Shown in pieces: positions 56,519 to 64,000 of a stretch of 64,000 nt of DNA; the first letter of the stretch is position 1, and every line of letters begins with the position of its first letter. The stretch is from positions 182 through 64,181 of the forward strand of contig CAZVYJ010000011.1 in assembly GCA_964631565.1 (NCBI GenBank), written 5' to 3'. The stretch comes from an uncultured Planctomycetaceae bacterium. Its GTDB lineage: Bacteria; Planctomycetota; Phycisphaerae; SM23-33. A program made the position numbers and the translations under genes. The notes under the pieces are model-generated. The model made no database searches. It worked only from the letters and a program-made list of their open reading frames with translations, and was not told the DNA's origin.

Positions 56519-56902
56519 ATGCCGCGTATTGCTGGTGTAGACATACCGAACGACAAGCCGATATTCGTATCGCTGCAGTACATCTACGGAATCGGTCTGA
56601 AGTCGGCCAAGGATATATGCAGGAAGCTTGGAATTGCAGAGATGACTCGCGCCAAGGACCTGACGGAAGATGAGCTTTCCAGGATAGCCGGTCTTCTCGA
56701 CTCGGAATACGTAACCGAAGGCCAGCTTCGCAGGCAGATTCAGCAGAACATAGCGCGTCTGCGTGACATCGCCTGCTATCGCGGCCTTCGTCATCGCCGA
56801 GGCCTGCCCGTACGCGGGCAGCGCACCAAGACAAATGCCCGGACCCGCAAAGGCCCCCGCAAGACAGTCGCCGGCAAGAAGTCGGTGAAGGAGATGCGCT
56901 AA
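56519..56902 (+). CDS. rpsM: 30S ribosomal protein S13
   Basis: [25 protein letters not shown]. Confidence 0.99.
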   Translation: MPRIAGVDIPNDKPIFVSLQYIYGIGLKSAKDICRKLGIAEMTRAKDLTEDELSRIAGLLDSEYVTEGQLRRQIQQNIARLRDIACYRGLRHRRGLPVRGQRTKTNARTRKGPRKTVAGKKSVKEMR

Positions 56903-56905
56903 GCC

Positions 56906-57289
56906 ATGGCTCAGCAACGAAATACCAAAAAGGTCAGACGAACCGTCGCCAAGGGTGTGGTTCACATCAAGGCGACTTTCAACAACACGCAGGTGACCAT
57001 AACCGATGCGAACGGCGACGTAATCGCTACTCGTTCCGCCGGCGCGATGGGCTTCAAGGGCGCACGCAAGAGCACGCCGTTCGCCGCCCAGCGGGCCGCC
57101 GAGGCCGCCGCGGGCGAAGCCCGCAAACTGGGCATGGTCGAAGTGGAAGTGCAGGTCAAGGGTCCCGGCAGCGGCCGGGAAAGCGCTGTGACCGCCCTGC
57201 AGGCAGCCGGACTGCGGGTAATATCGATAGAAGACGTCACGCCCATTCCTCACAACGGGTGCCGGCCGCCGAAAAGACGCAGAGTATAA
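56906..57289 (+). CDS. rpsK: 30S ribosomal protein S11
   Basis: [27 protein letters not shown]. Confidence 0.99.
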   Translation: MAQQRNTKKVRRTVAKGVVHIKATFNNTQVTITDANGDVIATRSAGAMGFKGARKSTPFAAQRAAEAAAGEARKLGMVEVEVQVKGPGSGRESAVTALQAAGLRVISIEDVTPIPHNGCRPPKRRRV

Positions 57290-57325
57290 GGACTCAAGAA
57301 GCTACACTAAGGAGCTGGATATACA

Positions 57326-57958
57326 ATGGGACGTTATACCGGACCATCTTGCAGGTTGTGCCGAAGAGAAGGCATCAAATTGATGCTCAAGGGCGCCCGC
57401 TGTGAAACGGCGAAGTGCCCCATGGAGCGACAGTGGCGTAATTCCCCGCCGGGCATGCACAGCTGGCGTCACGGCAGGGCGAGCGAGTACGGCGTTAGAC
57501 TTCGCGAAAAGCAGAAGGTGAAACGCTACTACGGCATTTACGAGAAACAGTTCATGAAGTATTTCCGGATGGCCGAGAGGCTGAAAGGCAACACGGGCGC
57601 CACGCTGCTTAGCCTGCTGGAAAGACGCCTGGACAATATCATCTACAAGCTCGGTTTTGCTCCGTCGCGTGCGTCGGCCAGGGCGACTATCGTCCACGGC
57701 CATATCAAGGTCAACGGACGCCGTGTCGATGTGCCCAGCATGCTGGTATCTCAGGGCGACAAGATAACCATCAAGGACTGCGAAAAGACAAGAAAACTCA
57801 TGCAGGCTCGCATGGAAGACCTTGGCGAACCGCATGTTCAGAACTGGCTGCGTCTGGACGTACCCAGCCTCACCGCCGAAGTGCTCGCTCTGCCGACAAG
57901 GGACGACGTGATGATCCCGGTCGAGGAGCAGCTCATCGTCGAATTGTGCAGTCAGTAA
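57326..57958 (+). CDS. rpsD: 30S ribosomal protein S4
   Basis: RYTGPSCRLCRREG, LLERRLDN. Confidence 0.98.
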   Translation: MGRYTGPSCRLCRREGIKLMLKGARCETAKCPMERQWRNSPPGMHSWRHGRASEYGVRLREKQKVKRYYGIYEKQFMKYFRMAERLKGNTGATLLSLLERRLDNIIYKLGFAPSRASARATIVHGHIKVNGRRVDVPSMLVSQGDKITIKDCEKTRKLMQARMEDLGEPHVQNWLRLDVPSLTAEVLALPTRDDVMIPVEEQLIVELCSQ

Positions 57959-58020
57959 GCGTGAATTAACTGAAACAGTAACTGGATTAACGGCCGATTA
58001 GAAATATTAACGGGAGGCCA

Positions 58021-59064
58021 ATGTCAATGCGAATACGATGGCGAGGCCTGGAACTGCCCAGCAGGGTAGTAAATGATCAGGAAGTATCTACACCGACATA
58101 CGGACGCTTCATGGTGGAGCCCTTCGAACGGGGCTTCGGCACGACCGTAGGCAACTCGCTGAGGCGGATTCTGCTCAGCTCGCTCGAAGGCGCCGCCGTC
58201 ACCAGCGTCAAGATATCCGGTGTGAACCATGAATTCACCACAATACCCGGTGTCATGGAAGATGTCACCGACATCATCCTGAACATCAAGTCGCTCGTGG
58301 TGAAATCCCACGTGGACGAGCCCAGAACCATCCGTGTTCACAGCGAGGTAAAGGGCGCGGTCACCGCAAGCATGATCGAAACCGATCCGGCTATCGAAAT
58401 CATCAACGGCGACCTGGTTCTGGCAACGCTGACCGACAACGTGCCTTTCGATATCGAAATGACCGTCGGCACCGGCCGCGGGTACGTCCCGTCCGAAGAG
58501 ATGATCAATCCCGACGACGACCAGGAAATAGGTCGGATATACGTCGACGCCGCATTCTCCCCGGTGCGCCGCGTCCGCTACCGCACCGAGGAAACACGCG
58601 TCGGGCAGAAAACAAACTACGACCGCCTCGTGCTGGAAATCTGGACCAACGGCACCATCACGCCGGAAATGGCGATGGTCGAAGCTGCAAAGATTCTCCG
58701 CAAGCACCTCAATCCGTTCGTGCAGTATTTCGAACTCGGCGAGCAGATTGTCGAGTCGCACACGGAAGATCTCCAGCAGGAAGTCGACACCGAACTGCAG
58801 CGCAAGCTGACCATGAGCGTCCACGAACTGGAGCTTTCGGTCCGTGCGAACAACTGCCTGGAAGCCGCAAAAATCGAAACCGTCGGCGAACTCGTGAATA
58901 AGACCGAGGCCGATCTGCTGAAAATACGCAGCTTCGGCAAGACGTCGCTGCGTGAAGTGAAGCGAAAACTGGAAGATTTGGGCCTTACGCTCGGGATGAA
59001 CGTGCCCCTGCCGGGCGGCAGCGAAGGCGAAAAAGTCGAAGCCCAGATGCCGCCGCTGGGATAG
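58021..59064 (+). CDS. rpoA: RNA polymerase alpha subunit
   Basis: [34 protein letters not shown]. Confidence 0.99.
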   Translation: MSMRIRWRGLELPSRVVNDQEVSTPTYGRFMVEPFERGFGTTVGNSLRRILLSSLEGAAVTSVKISGVNHEFTTIPGVMEDVTDIILNIKSLVVKSHVDEPRTIRVHSEVKGAVTASMIETDPAIEIINGDLVLATLTDNVPFDIEMTVGTGRGYVPSEEMINPDDDQEIGRIYVDAAFSPVRRVRYRTEETRVGQKTNYDRLVLEIWTNGTITPEMAMVEAAKILRKHLNPFVQYFELGEQIVESHTEDLQQEVDTELQRKLTMSVHELELSVRANNCLEAAKIETVGELVNKTEADLLKIRSFGKTSLREVKRKLEDLGLTLGMNVPLPGGSEGEKVEAQMPPLG

Positions 59065-59108
59065 CTCTTACATAACGGAAAAGTACACAGAATCGAGAAG
59101 GTTGTATT

Positions 59109-59681
59109 ATGCGTCATCGCGTAGCAGGAAAACAATTAAGCCGCACGACAAGCCATCGCAGGGCGATGCGGCGGAACATGGCCGCCTCACTCTTCGAGCA
59201 TGAGGCCATTCGCACCACACCGCAGAAGGCGACGGAACTGCGGAAGTTCGTCGAGCGGATGATAACACTCGCCAAGAAGGGCACGCTGCACGCCCGCAGA
59301 CAGGTGATCGCGGAACTAACCGACCGCGCCCTGGTCGACGAGGAAGGCTTCAAGACCGACCGGACCGTCGTGCAGAAGCTCTTCAGCGAAATCGCACCGC
59401 GATACGCCGACCGTCCGGGCGGGTACACACGCATCATCCGTCTCTCCGAGCGGAGAATCGGCGACGCCGGCAAACAGGTGCTGCTGCAGCTTATCGGCGC
59501 TGACGAGGCGAAGGCCGGCGCGACAGCTACAGGCTCATCGAAACGTCAGAAACGCGCGACGAAGCGTCACGACGCAGCCGCCGCGGTAAAGGAAACCGCC
59601 CCGGCCGCCAAAACACCCGCCGAGGAAGCCCCGGCCGAAACAACCGAAACCGGCGAGACAACCGAGGAAAAGGCCGAGTAA
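59109..59681 (+). CDS. rplQ: 50S ribosomal protein L17
   Basis: MRHRVAG, RPGGYTRI; Ala/Glu/Thr tail. Confidence 0.98.
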   Translation: MRHRVAGKQLSRTTSHRRAMRRNMAASLFEHEAIRTTPQKATELRKFVERMITLAKKGTLHARRQVIAELTDRALVDEEGFKTDRTVVQKLFSEIAPRYADRPGGYTRIIRLSERRIGDAGKQVLLQLIGADEAKAGATATGSSKRQKRATKRHDAAAAVKETAPAAKTPAEEAPAETTETGETTEEKAE

Positions 59682-59714
59682 GCAAAGCGATTTGTAAATA
59701 AATCAATCCCAACC

Positions 59715-59744
59715 AAAACCCGTCCCTAAGGGACGGGTTTTTTT
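59715..59744 (+). terminator. intrinsic terminator ending the alpha operon
   Basis: AAAACCCGTCCC-TAA-GGGACGGGTTTTTTT. Confidence 0.92.
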
Positions 59745-59759
59745 GTGCTTCCGGGTTGC

Positions 59760-59832
59760 GCCGCTGAGGTCGCAGAGGCCGCTGAATAAAATAAGTCAGA
59801 AAAATATCTGAGACCTCAGCTACCTCAGCGGC
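59760..59832. repeat. palindromic element built from tandem NCGCWGAGG 9-mers
   Basis: GCCGCTGAGGTCGCAGAGG ... CCTCAGCTACCTCAGCGGC (17/19 complementary) around an AT-rich core. Confidence 0.6.
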
Positions 59833-59918
59833 TCAAACGGCAACGCTTATCTTCTTGCCCGTCCGTCGCGCAGTGCGTAATCTTAAAGTGAAGTCGGACC
59901 AGCGACAGGGAGCGTGAA

Positions 59919-60344
59919 ATGACGACGAAAAAAGACAGCGACTGCATATTCTGCAAAATCGCCGCCGGCGAGATACCGTGCACGAAAATCTGCGAGGACG
60001 CCGCAGCCGTCGCGTTTCTCGACATCGGTCCGCTCGCCGACGGCCACGTGCTGCTGATACCGAAGGGCCACTACGTCACCATCGACCAGATGCCGGCCGA
60101 CGATGCCGCCGCCACGCTCAAGCACCTTCCCGCACTGGCGAAGGCGATAATGGCCGCCACCGGATGTCAGGGTCTTAACATACTTCAAAATAACGGCTTA
60201 TGCGCCCATCAGGTGGTGCAGCATGTACACTTCCACCTCATACCGCGCAATCCGGGCGATGAGTTCCACTTCAACTGGCCGGCCGGTGCGTACCCCAAGG
60301 GCAGGGCGGACGAGCTCGCCGAGGCGATTAAGAAAAATCTGTAA
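59919..60344 (+). CDS. HIT family hydrolase
   Basis: DCIFCKI, HVHFHLIPR histidine triad. Confidence 0.95.
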   Translation: MTTKKDSDCIFCKIAAGEIPCTKICEDAAAVAFLDIGPLADGHVLLIPKGHYVTIDQMPADDAAATLKHLPALAKAIMAATGCQGLNILQNNGLCAHQVVQHVHFHLIPRNPGDEFHFNWPAGAYPKGRADELAEAIKKNL

Positions 60345-60398
60345 GGGATTGTATTGGATGTCTTCCCGGTAAGCCGCTGGCGGCTTGGCAAGTAAAAA

Positions 60399-60869
60399 TC
60401 ATCCGCGGATTTTTTTCGCAAAATCGGCAATCGCGGCGTCGAGTTTCGCGTCGCCTTCTTTCGGCTTTTTCCACTGGAACGTATCGATAACGCCGCCGGC
60501 GACGATGTTGTTCATGTCCCTGAACAGTCCCTTCCCGCCGCCGCCGTCGTGCGTGCAGAAGCCGAAAACTTTTTTCCCCGCCAGGTCTGCCGCCGCGATA
60601 TAGCTCCTCACTGCCGGCGGCACGTGGCCGGCCCAGACCGGCATGCCGATGACGACCGTGGTCTTGCCCTCCAGGCTGTGCACGCTGGTCAACTCGGCCG
60701 ATTTCTTGAAAAGCGCATCCTTTGCGCCGCCCATGAACCCCATAGCGCCGCTGCGGTCCTTTGCCTCGCGGATTTCCTCGATGTCGGCTGCGAGGACGGC
60801 GGCGAGTTTTTCCGCCACCAGACGCGTCCTGCCTGTGCGTGAATAATAAACGACGATAATATCGCTCAT
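60399..60869 (-). CDS. flavodoxin-like protein
   Basis: VVYYSRTGRT, IGMPVWAG, FCTHDGGG; ATG after AGGAG. Confidence 0.85.
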   Translation of the reverse strand: MSDIIVVYYSRTGRTRLVAEKLAAVLAADIEEIREAKDRSGAMGFMGGAKDALFKKSAELTSVHSLEGKTTVVIGMPVWAGHVPPAVRSYIAAADLAGKKVFGFCTHDGGGGKGLFRDMNNIVAGGVIDTFQWKKPKEGDAKLDAAIADFAKKIRG

Positions 60870-60888
60870 GTCTGGCTCCTTGTTCATC

Positions 60889-61058
60889 AGCCGCTGAGGA
60901 CGCTGAGGCCGCAGAGATAAACAAAGTATAATAAAAAATATGCCCACTATGGCCCTTAAAAACTCACCGCGGTCATGTTCCCGAGCATGCTTAATTTAAT
61001 TATATGTCTCTGCGTTCTCGTCCATACGGACGCCCGTCCGGGCGCGACCTCTGCGGCT
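60889..61058. repeat. second NCGCWGAGG-type palindromic element, right arm interrupted by two small hairpins
   Basis: AGCCGCTGAGGACGCTGAGGCCGCAGAGA ... TCTCTGCGTTCTC-[CGTCC-ATAC-GGACG / CGCCC-GTCC-GGGCG]-ACCTCTGCGGCT. Confidence 0.5.
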
Positions 61059-62115
61059 ATACGTCCTGGCCGCCTTTTTCATTCTCTGCGACGGCCATGC
61101 CGATGCCGGTCGCGCCGAAGCCGTTGCCGCAGTAGAACAGCCGCACCGTGTCGCCATCGGCGAGCACCATGGGATATTCCACCATTTTCGTCTCCCACGC
61201 GTTTGCCGGGTCTGGCAGCAGCGAGATATTCGAGCCGTCCGGCCCGCGGCTCCAGTTGTAGCCGTCCGCGCTGACGGCCTCGGCAATCGAATAATCGGGC
61301 CGGCCGATGCCGCAGTACAGCATGCGATACACTCTTGCCGCGTGGTCGTACCACACGTGCGGTGCGGCGACGGCCCATCGCTCGGTTTCCACTTCCGGCC
61401 GCGGGCTGAGAATCACCCGATGGTCGCGCCACGCGATTCCGTCGTCGCTGCAGCAGACGGCGCAGTGTTTTTCCTGATCGTGCGAGCCGCCGCCGGTGAT
61501 GCCGACGGCCAGCGTGTAGTACATGCGGTATGTCGTCCGCCCGGCCGCGTCGGTGCACGTCAGAATGCTGCCGCCGCCGGCGATTCCCCGGTTGGCCGGG
61601 AATTCCGCCGTCCGGTCGCCGGTTATTATCGGCTCATCGCTGTATCGCTCGAAACGCAGGCCGTCGTCGCTGACAGCCAGCCCGATGCCGCAGAAGCTCT
61701 GCAGCCCCTCGCCGAGTGCGGTGTTCCTGCCGGTGTAGTAAAGGTGCCACCTGCCGCTGATTTTCATCACAAGCGGCAGCACCAGCCACTGGCGGTCGAA
61801 CCTGCCTTCGCCGCCGAGGTCGAGCACCATGCCGCGTTTTGTCCACGTCGCCGGATCGTCGAGGCGGGCCGTCGCCAGGCATATCCGGTGCCCGTCGTCG
61901 CAGACGCCGGAGTAGTACATCCAATATTCGTCGCCCACGCGCACCACGAATGGGTTCATGCAGCCGTCCGCGTCATACCGCCCGCCTGGCCGCAGGACCG
62001 GGTTGCCCGCGCATCGCCGCCATTGGAATTTAGCAAGGCGGGCCTGGCCGGGCCTTTCTTCCGGCAGGCGGAGGGCGAAATGGCCCATGTTCGAATTTTC
62101 TTTCCGGTCGTGCAT
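61057..62115 (-). CDS. five-bladed beta-propeller glycoside hydrolase/phosphorylase-like protein (GH32/43/130-like fold)
   Basis: GNPVL, NPFVV..YWMYYSG, WHLYYTG..IGLAVSDDGLRF, VEYPMV..RLFYCG blade repeats; start may be 62088. Confidence 0.7.
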   Translation of the reverse strand: MHDRKENSNMGHFALRLPEERPGQARLAKFQWRRCAGNPVLRPGGRYDADGCMNPFVVRVGDEYWMYYSGVCDDGHRICLATARLDDPATWTKRGMVLDLGGEGRFDRQWLVLPLVMKISGRWHLYYTGRNTALGEGLQSFCGIGLAVSDDGLRFERYSDEPIITGDRTAEFPANRGIAGGGSILTCTDAAGRTTYRMYYTLAVGITGGGSHDQEKHCAVCCSDDGIAWRDHRVILSPRPEVETERWAVAAPHVWYDHAARVYRMLYCGIGRPDYSIAEAVSADGYNWSRGPDGSNISLLPDPANAWETKMVEYPMVLADGDTVRLFYCGNGFGATGIGMAVAENEKGGQDV

Positions 62116-62225
62116 TTGGGACAGATTTTAACCCCGGCCGATGCGTCTGCTCAAGTAATGCCGCCTTATTGTCGCCGGCCGGGCGTTCTGGTAGAGTATG
62201 GCCTGTAGTAGCAAAGGGGAGCAAA

Positions 62226-64000
62226 ATGTTATTTAGGATAGTCGTGGCTGCGCTGACAATTACGATCCTCACCGCCTTGCATATGTGCCTTGCGCAGACG
62301 GCGAAGACAAAAGAAGCTCTCAGGGAAGGCATACAAAATATACAGGCGGCGATTGACGCGTACTCCCAGACGGAACCGCCGCCTGAAAGCCAGCCGGAGA
62401 CACAGCCGACTACCCAACCCGCCACGCAGCCCGCCGCCGACGAGACCAGGCCGGCTGAACTTACCGCCGAGCAGCGGGAGAAACTCGCTGCTCTGTGGAA
62501 AACTGTTCTGAATGAAAACGACGAAGCTTCCGCCGAAGATGCAGCCCGGGCGAGGCGGACGATGATAGAAAATGGAGAGCCGACGGTTCTGTTTCTCGCC
62601 GAGCAGTTTGCCGGCTCGCAGATGGACAAGAAGACCGCGGCCGGCCTTATCGCCGATCTTGATTCCGAGGTCTGGCGGAAGCGCAACGCAGCCACCGTCA
62701 GGCTCAAGGCCCAAGGCTTCTGCCGGGCCGACATGGTGCTGGCCGAGCTCGAGTCCGCCAACTCGCCTGAGGCGAAGCTGAGGCTCGAGGAAATACTCGA
62801 CGCCTACAAAAATCGCATCCGGACGGCTGTGGAGATTCTCGTTTCAATCAACAGCGAAGCATCCTGGGCCGCCGCCTGCGCAATCTTCAGCAAGAATGAA
62901 AACGCCGGCAACACCAGGTTCATGGACCTTGCGGCCAAGGCGTTCATGTCTGATGTCAAAGACGCCGTCGACATGTTTTTCAATAATCGGTTCTATTATG
63001 CAACCATGGCCGAGGAGGAGGGCTACGGCTACGTCGTGTCCGGCCGAGACCTGCAGATGCTGACGTTTGTCCGCAACCTGTCGGTAAAAACCAGTTCAAA
63101 CGAAGGCGCGATGACCCTGTTGGATATCGCAATCAGGCTGATGCCCGGCGACACGGAATGCTACGCGAGCCGCGGCTGGGTGAGATTCCGCTTCGGCCGG
63201 CATGACGATGCGTATGCCGATCTGACAAAGGCCATAGAGCTTGAGCCTGATAAATATAACCATTATATCGACCTTGCCGCACTGTGCATGGAGATAAACA
63301 GGCTGGACGACGCACTGGCCGGTTTGAACAAGGCTTTGACGCTGGCGCCTGACGAGTCCGTATTGTACATGTGGCGCGGGCGGGTGTATCTGAGGCTCGA
63401 CAGGAAAGATGAAACGCTGGCCGACTTTAACAAGGCCATCGAGATGAATCCGGAATACGGCCCGAATTACATCGAGCGGGCGGATGTTTATGAAATGCTC
63501 GGCAGGATTGATGAGGCGATGGCCGACATCGACACCGGCATGAAATATGTGGAGAACAATTCCTACAAGGGTTGGCTGCATTTCAAGCGTGCGTCGCTGC
63601 ACAGCAAGCAGGGCCGCACCGACAAATTCATCGAAGACATGAAGACGGCCATCGACTTCGTCGTCAACGACGACCGCGGCAGTTACGCCAATTGGTGCAA
63701 CAACCTGGCGTGGTTTTATGTGACGTGCGAAGACCCCAAATATCGCGACGTCAAGGCTGCCGTCGATTACGCGCAGCGGGCCTGCCAGGTTACTCCTCGC
63801 AACCCGGCGCCGCTGGACACGCTTGGCTGCGCCTACGCCGACGACGGCCAGTGGAAAGAGGCGGTCGAAACGGAGCAGAAAGCCATCGAATGCACGGCGG
63901 ACGCCGGCGCGAAGCAGGAATTTACGGCGAGAATGGAAGGCTTCAAGCAGCATAAGACATACCTGCAGCAGGAAGCGGAGAAAAAGAAAAAGGCCGAGAC
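62226..64000 (+). CDS. exported TPR-repeat protein, truncated at right edge (missing from ORF track because no stop)
   Basis: ATG after GGGGAG; signal peptide MLFRIVVAALTITILTALHMCLA; TQP linker ETQPTTQPATQP; TPR-like units (ADLTKAIELEP, ADFNKAIEMNP, LDTLGCAYA); frame read open to 64000. Confidence 0.85.
   Translation, partial: MLFRIVVAALTITILTALHMCLAQTAKTKEALREGIQNIQAAIDAYSQTEPPPESQPETQPTTQPATQPAADETRPAELTAEQREKLAALWKTVLNENDEASAEDAARARRTMIENGEPTVLFLAEQFAGSQMDKKTAAGLIADLDSEVWRKRNAATVRLKAQGFCRADMVLAELESANSPEAKLRLEEILDAYKNRIRTAVEILVSINSEASWAAACAIFSKNENAGNTRFMDLAAKAFMSDVKDAVDMFFNNRFYYATMAEEEGYGYVVSGRDLQMLTFVRNLSVKTSSNEGAMTLLDIAIRLMPGDTECYASRGWVRFRFGRHDDAYADLTKAIELEPDKYNHYIDLAALCMEINRLDDALAGLNKALTLAPDESVLYMWRGRVYLRLDRKDETLADFNKAIEMNPEYGPNYIERADVYEMLGRIDEAMADIDTGMKYVENNSYKGWLHFKRASLHSKQGRTDKFIEDMKTAIDFVVNDDRGSYANWCNNLAWFYVTCEDPKYRDVKAAVDYAQRACQVTPRNPAPLDTLGCAYADDGQWKEAVETEQKAIECTADAGAKQEFTARMEGFKQHKTYLQQEAEKKKKAE

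Noticed and set aside
46671-59681. Low-complexity C-terminal tails on S19, S3 and L17 (also L10)
   Set aside because: Common lineage feature with no repeat-element signature in the DNA.

Overview
The window looks like a Planctomycetota chromosome segment, probably class Phycisphaerae. That placement is inferred from the PEP-CTERM proteins, the YKxGQG-type SecE, TQP low-complexity linkers and an S10-spc-alpha cluster without rpmD. It has three zones. (1) 1-15.5 kb is an accessory array that continues past the left edge. It holds five modules of [sigma70-like promoter -> GntR-HTH/LacI-type-sensor regulator -> small secreted PEP-CTERM protein -> conserved 24-25 nt bulged hairpin -> intrinsic terminator], plus the tail of a sixth module. 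A two-gene insert and a ~165 bp IS200/IS605-like hairpin element interrupt the array. (2) 15.7-26 kb holds glmS, a MATE transporter, an ebo-type cluster (eboB-C-F-D-E, no eboA) whose eboE carries a 102 bp in-frame palindromic insertion, and two zinc-ribbon membrane paralogs. (3) 26.5-59.7 kb is the core tRNA-Thr/tuf/rpmG/tRNA-Trp/secE/nusG/rplKAJL/rpoBC/str/S10/spc/alpha cluster, with a 438 nt highly structured rpsG-fusA spacer and an N-terminally extended SecY. HIT, flavodoxin-like, beta-propeller hydrolase-like and TPR genes follow. The best candidate for an undescribed system is the regulator/PEP-CTERM array with its dedicated 3' RNA motif. All domain calls come from motif recognition; no database search was run.
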